Program-made: the position numbers and the translations under genes | Part shown: positions 63,780 through 64,000 of the stretch, piece after piece | Numbering within the stretch: position 1 is the first letter of the stretch | Layout: each line of letters opens with the position of its first letter | The notes under the pieces: generated by a model | Seen by the model: only the letters and a program-made list of their open reading frames with translations | What the model was told of the DNA's origin: nothing | Database searches by the model: none | Assembly: GCA_028023455.1 (NCBI GenBank) | Contig: JAQFVV010000006.1 | Coordinates: 18,972,001-19,036,000 of the forward strand | From: Epiperipatus broadwayi | Taxonomy: Eukaryota > Animalia > Onychophora | Length of the DNA stretch: 64,000 nt | Reading direction: 5' to 3'

Positions 63780-64000
63780 AACTTAATTATAAATACAGAG
63801 ATTAAATGCAAAAGTTCAGTAAATGACACTAAGGCTTAAAAATGATGTTGTCACTCCAGATAATTTTTTTGATGCATTTGAAGCAGCATATGGATCTGAG
63901 AAATAGTAACAACTATCCTACTAAATCCAGCAGTGGCATTCTCCTATATGATAAAATTTTGAATAGGTAAAAGGAATATTTTGATTGACTTTTGAATAAT
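63780..64000 (+). mobile_element. RTE family B internal fragment
   Basis: aaggcttaaaaatgat... and ...aaggaatattttgattgacttttgaataat match ~56980-57135. Confidence 0.6.

Overview
Strongly AT-rich animal genomic DNA, not prokaryotic; the DYRK1 C-terminus suggests an arthropod (inference). The backbone is a minus-strand ZMAT5 gene (U11/U12 snRNP 20K): coding exons at 41206-41080, 23425-23363 and 20496-20422, and a probable non-coding first exon near 61521+. It lies head-to-head with UQCR10 (exon 1 at 61762-61902), the same arrangement as in human. Almost everything else is intronic or flanking and consists of decayed mobile DNA: a Penelope-like element, two RTE-type LINE families, two Gypsy LTR elements (one in a three-level nest), hAT derivatives and foldback/tandem repeats. 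Two features stand out. (i) A ~450-nt non-coding repeat carrying a type I hammerhead ribozyme is inserted at five places, always as two oppositely oriented arms with fixed asymmetric ends, and with target-site duplications at 3-4 of them. This looks like a Penelope-mobilised retrozyme. (ii) At 1.6-11.6 kb there is a tight array of intronless, decayed host-mRNA fragments (RSF1, dystrophin, a KIND-domain gene, DYRK1/minibrain) with alternating orientation. Most ORFs in the supplied track are chance frames or pseudogene/TE pieces. Protein identities come from my manual translation and recalled homologue sequences; no searches were run.
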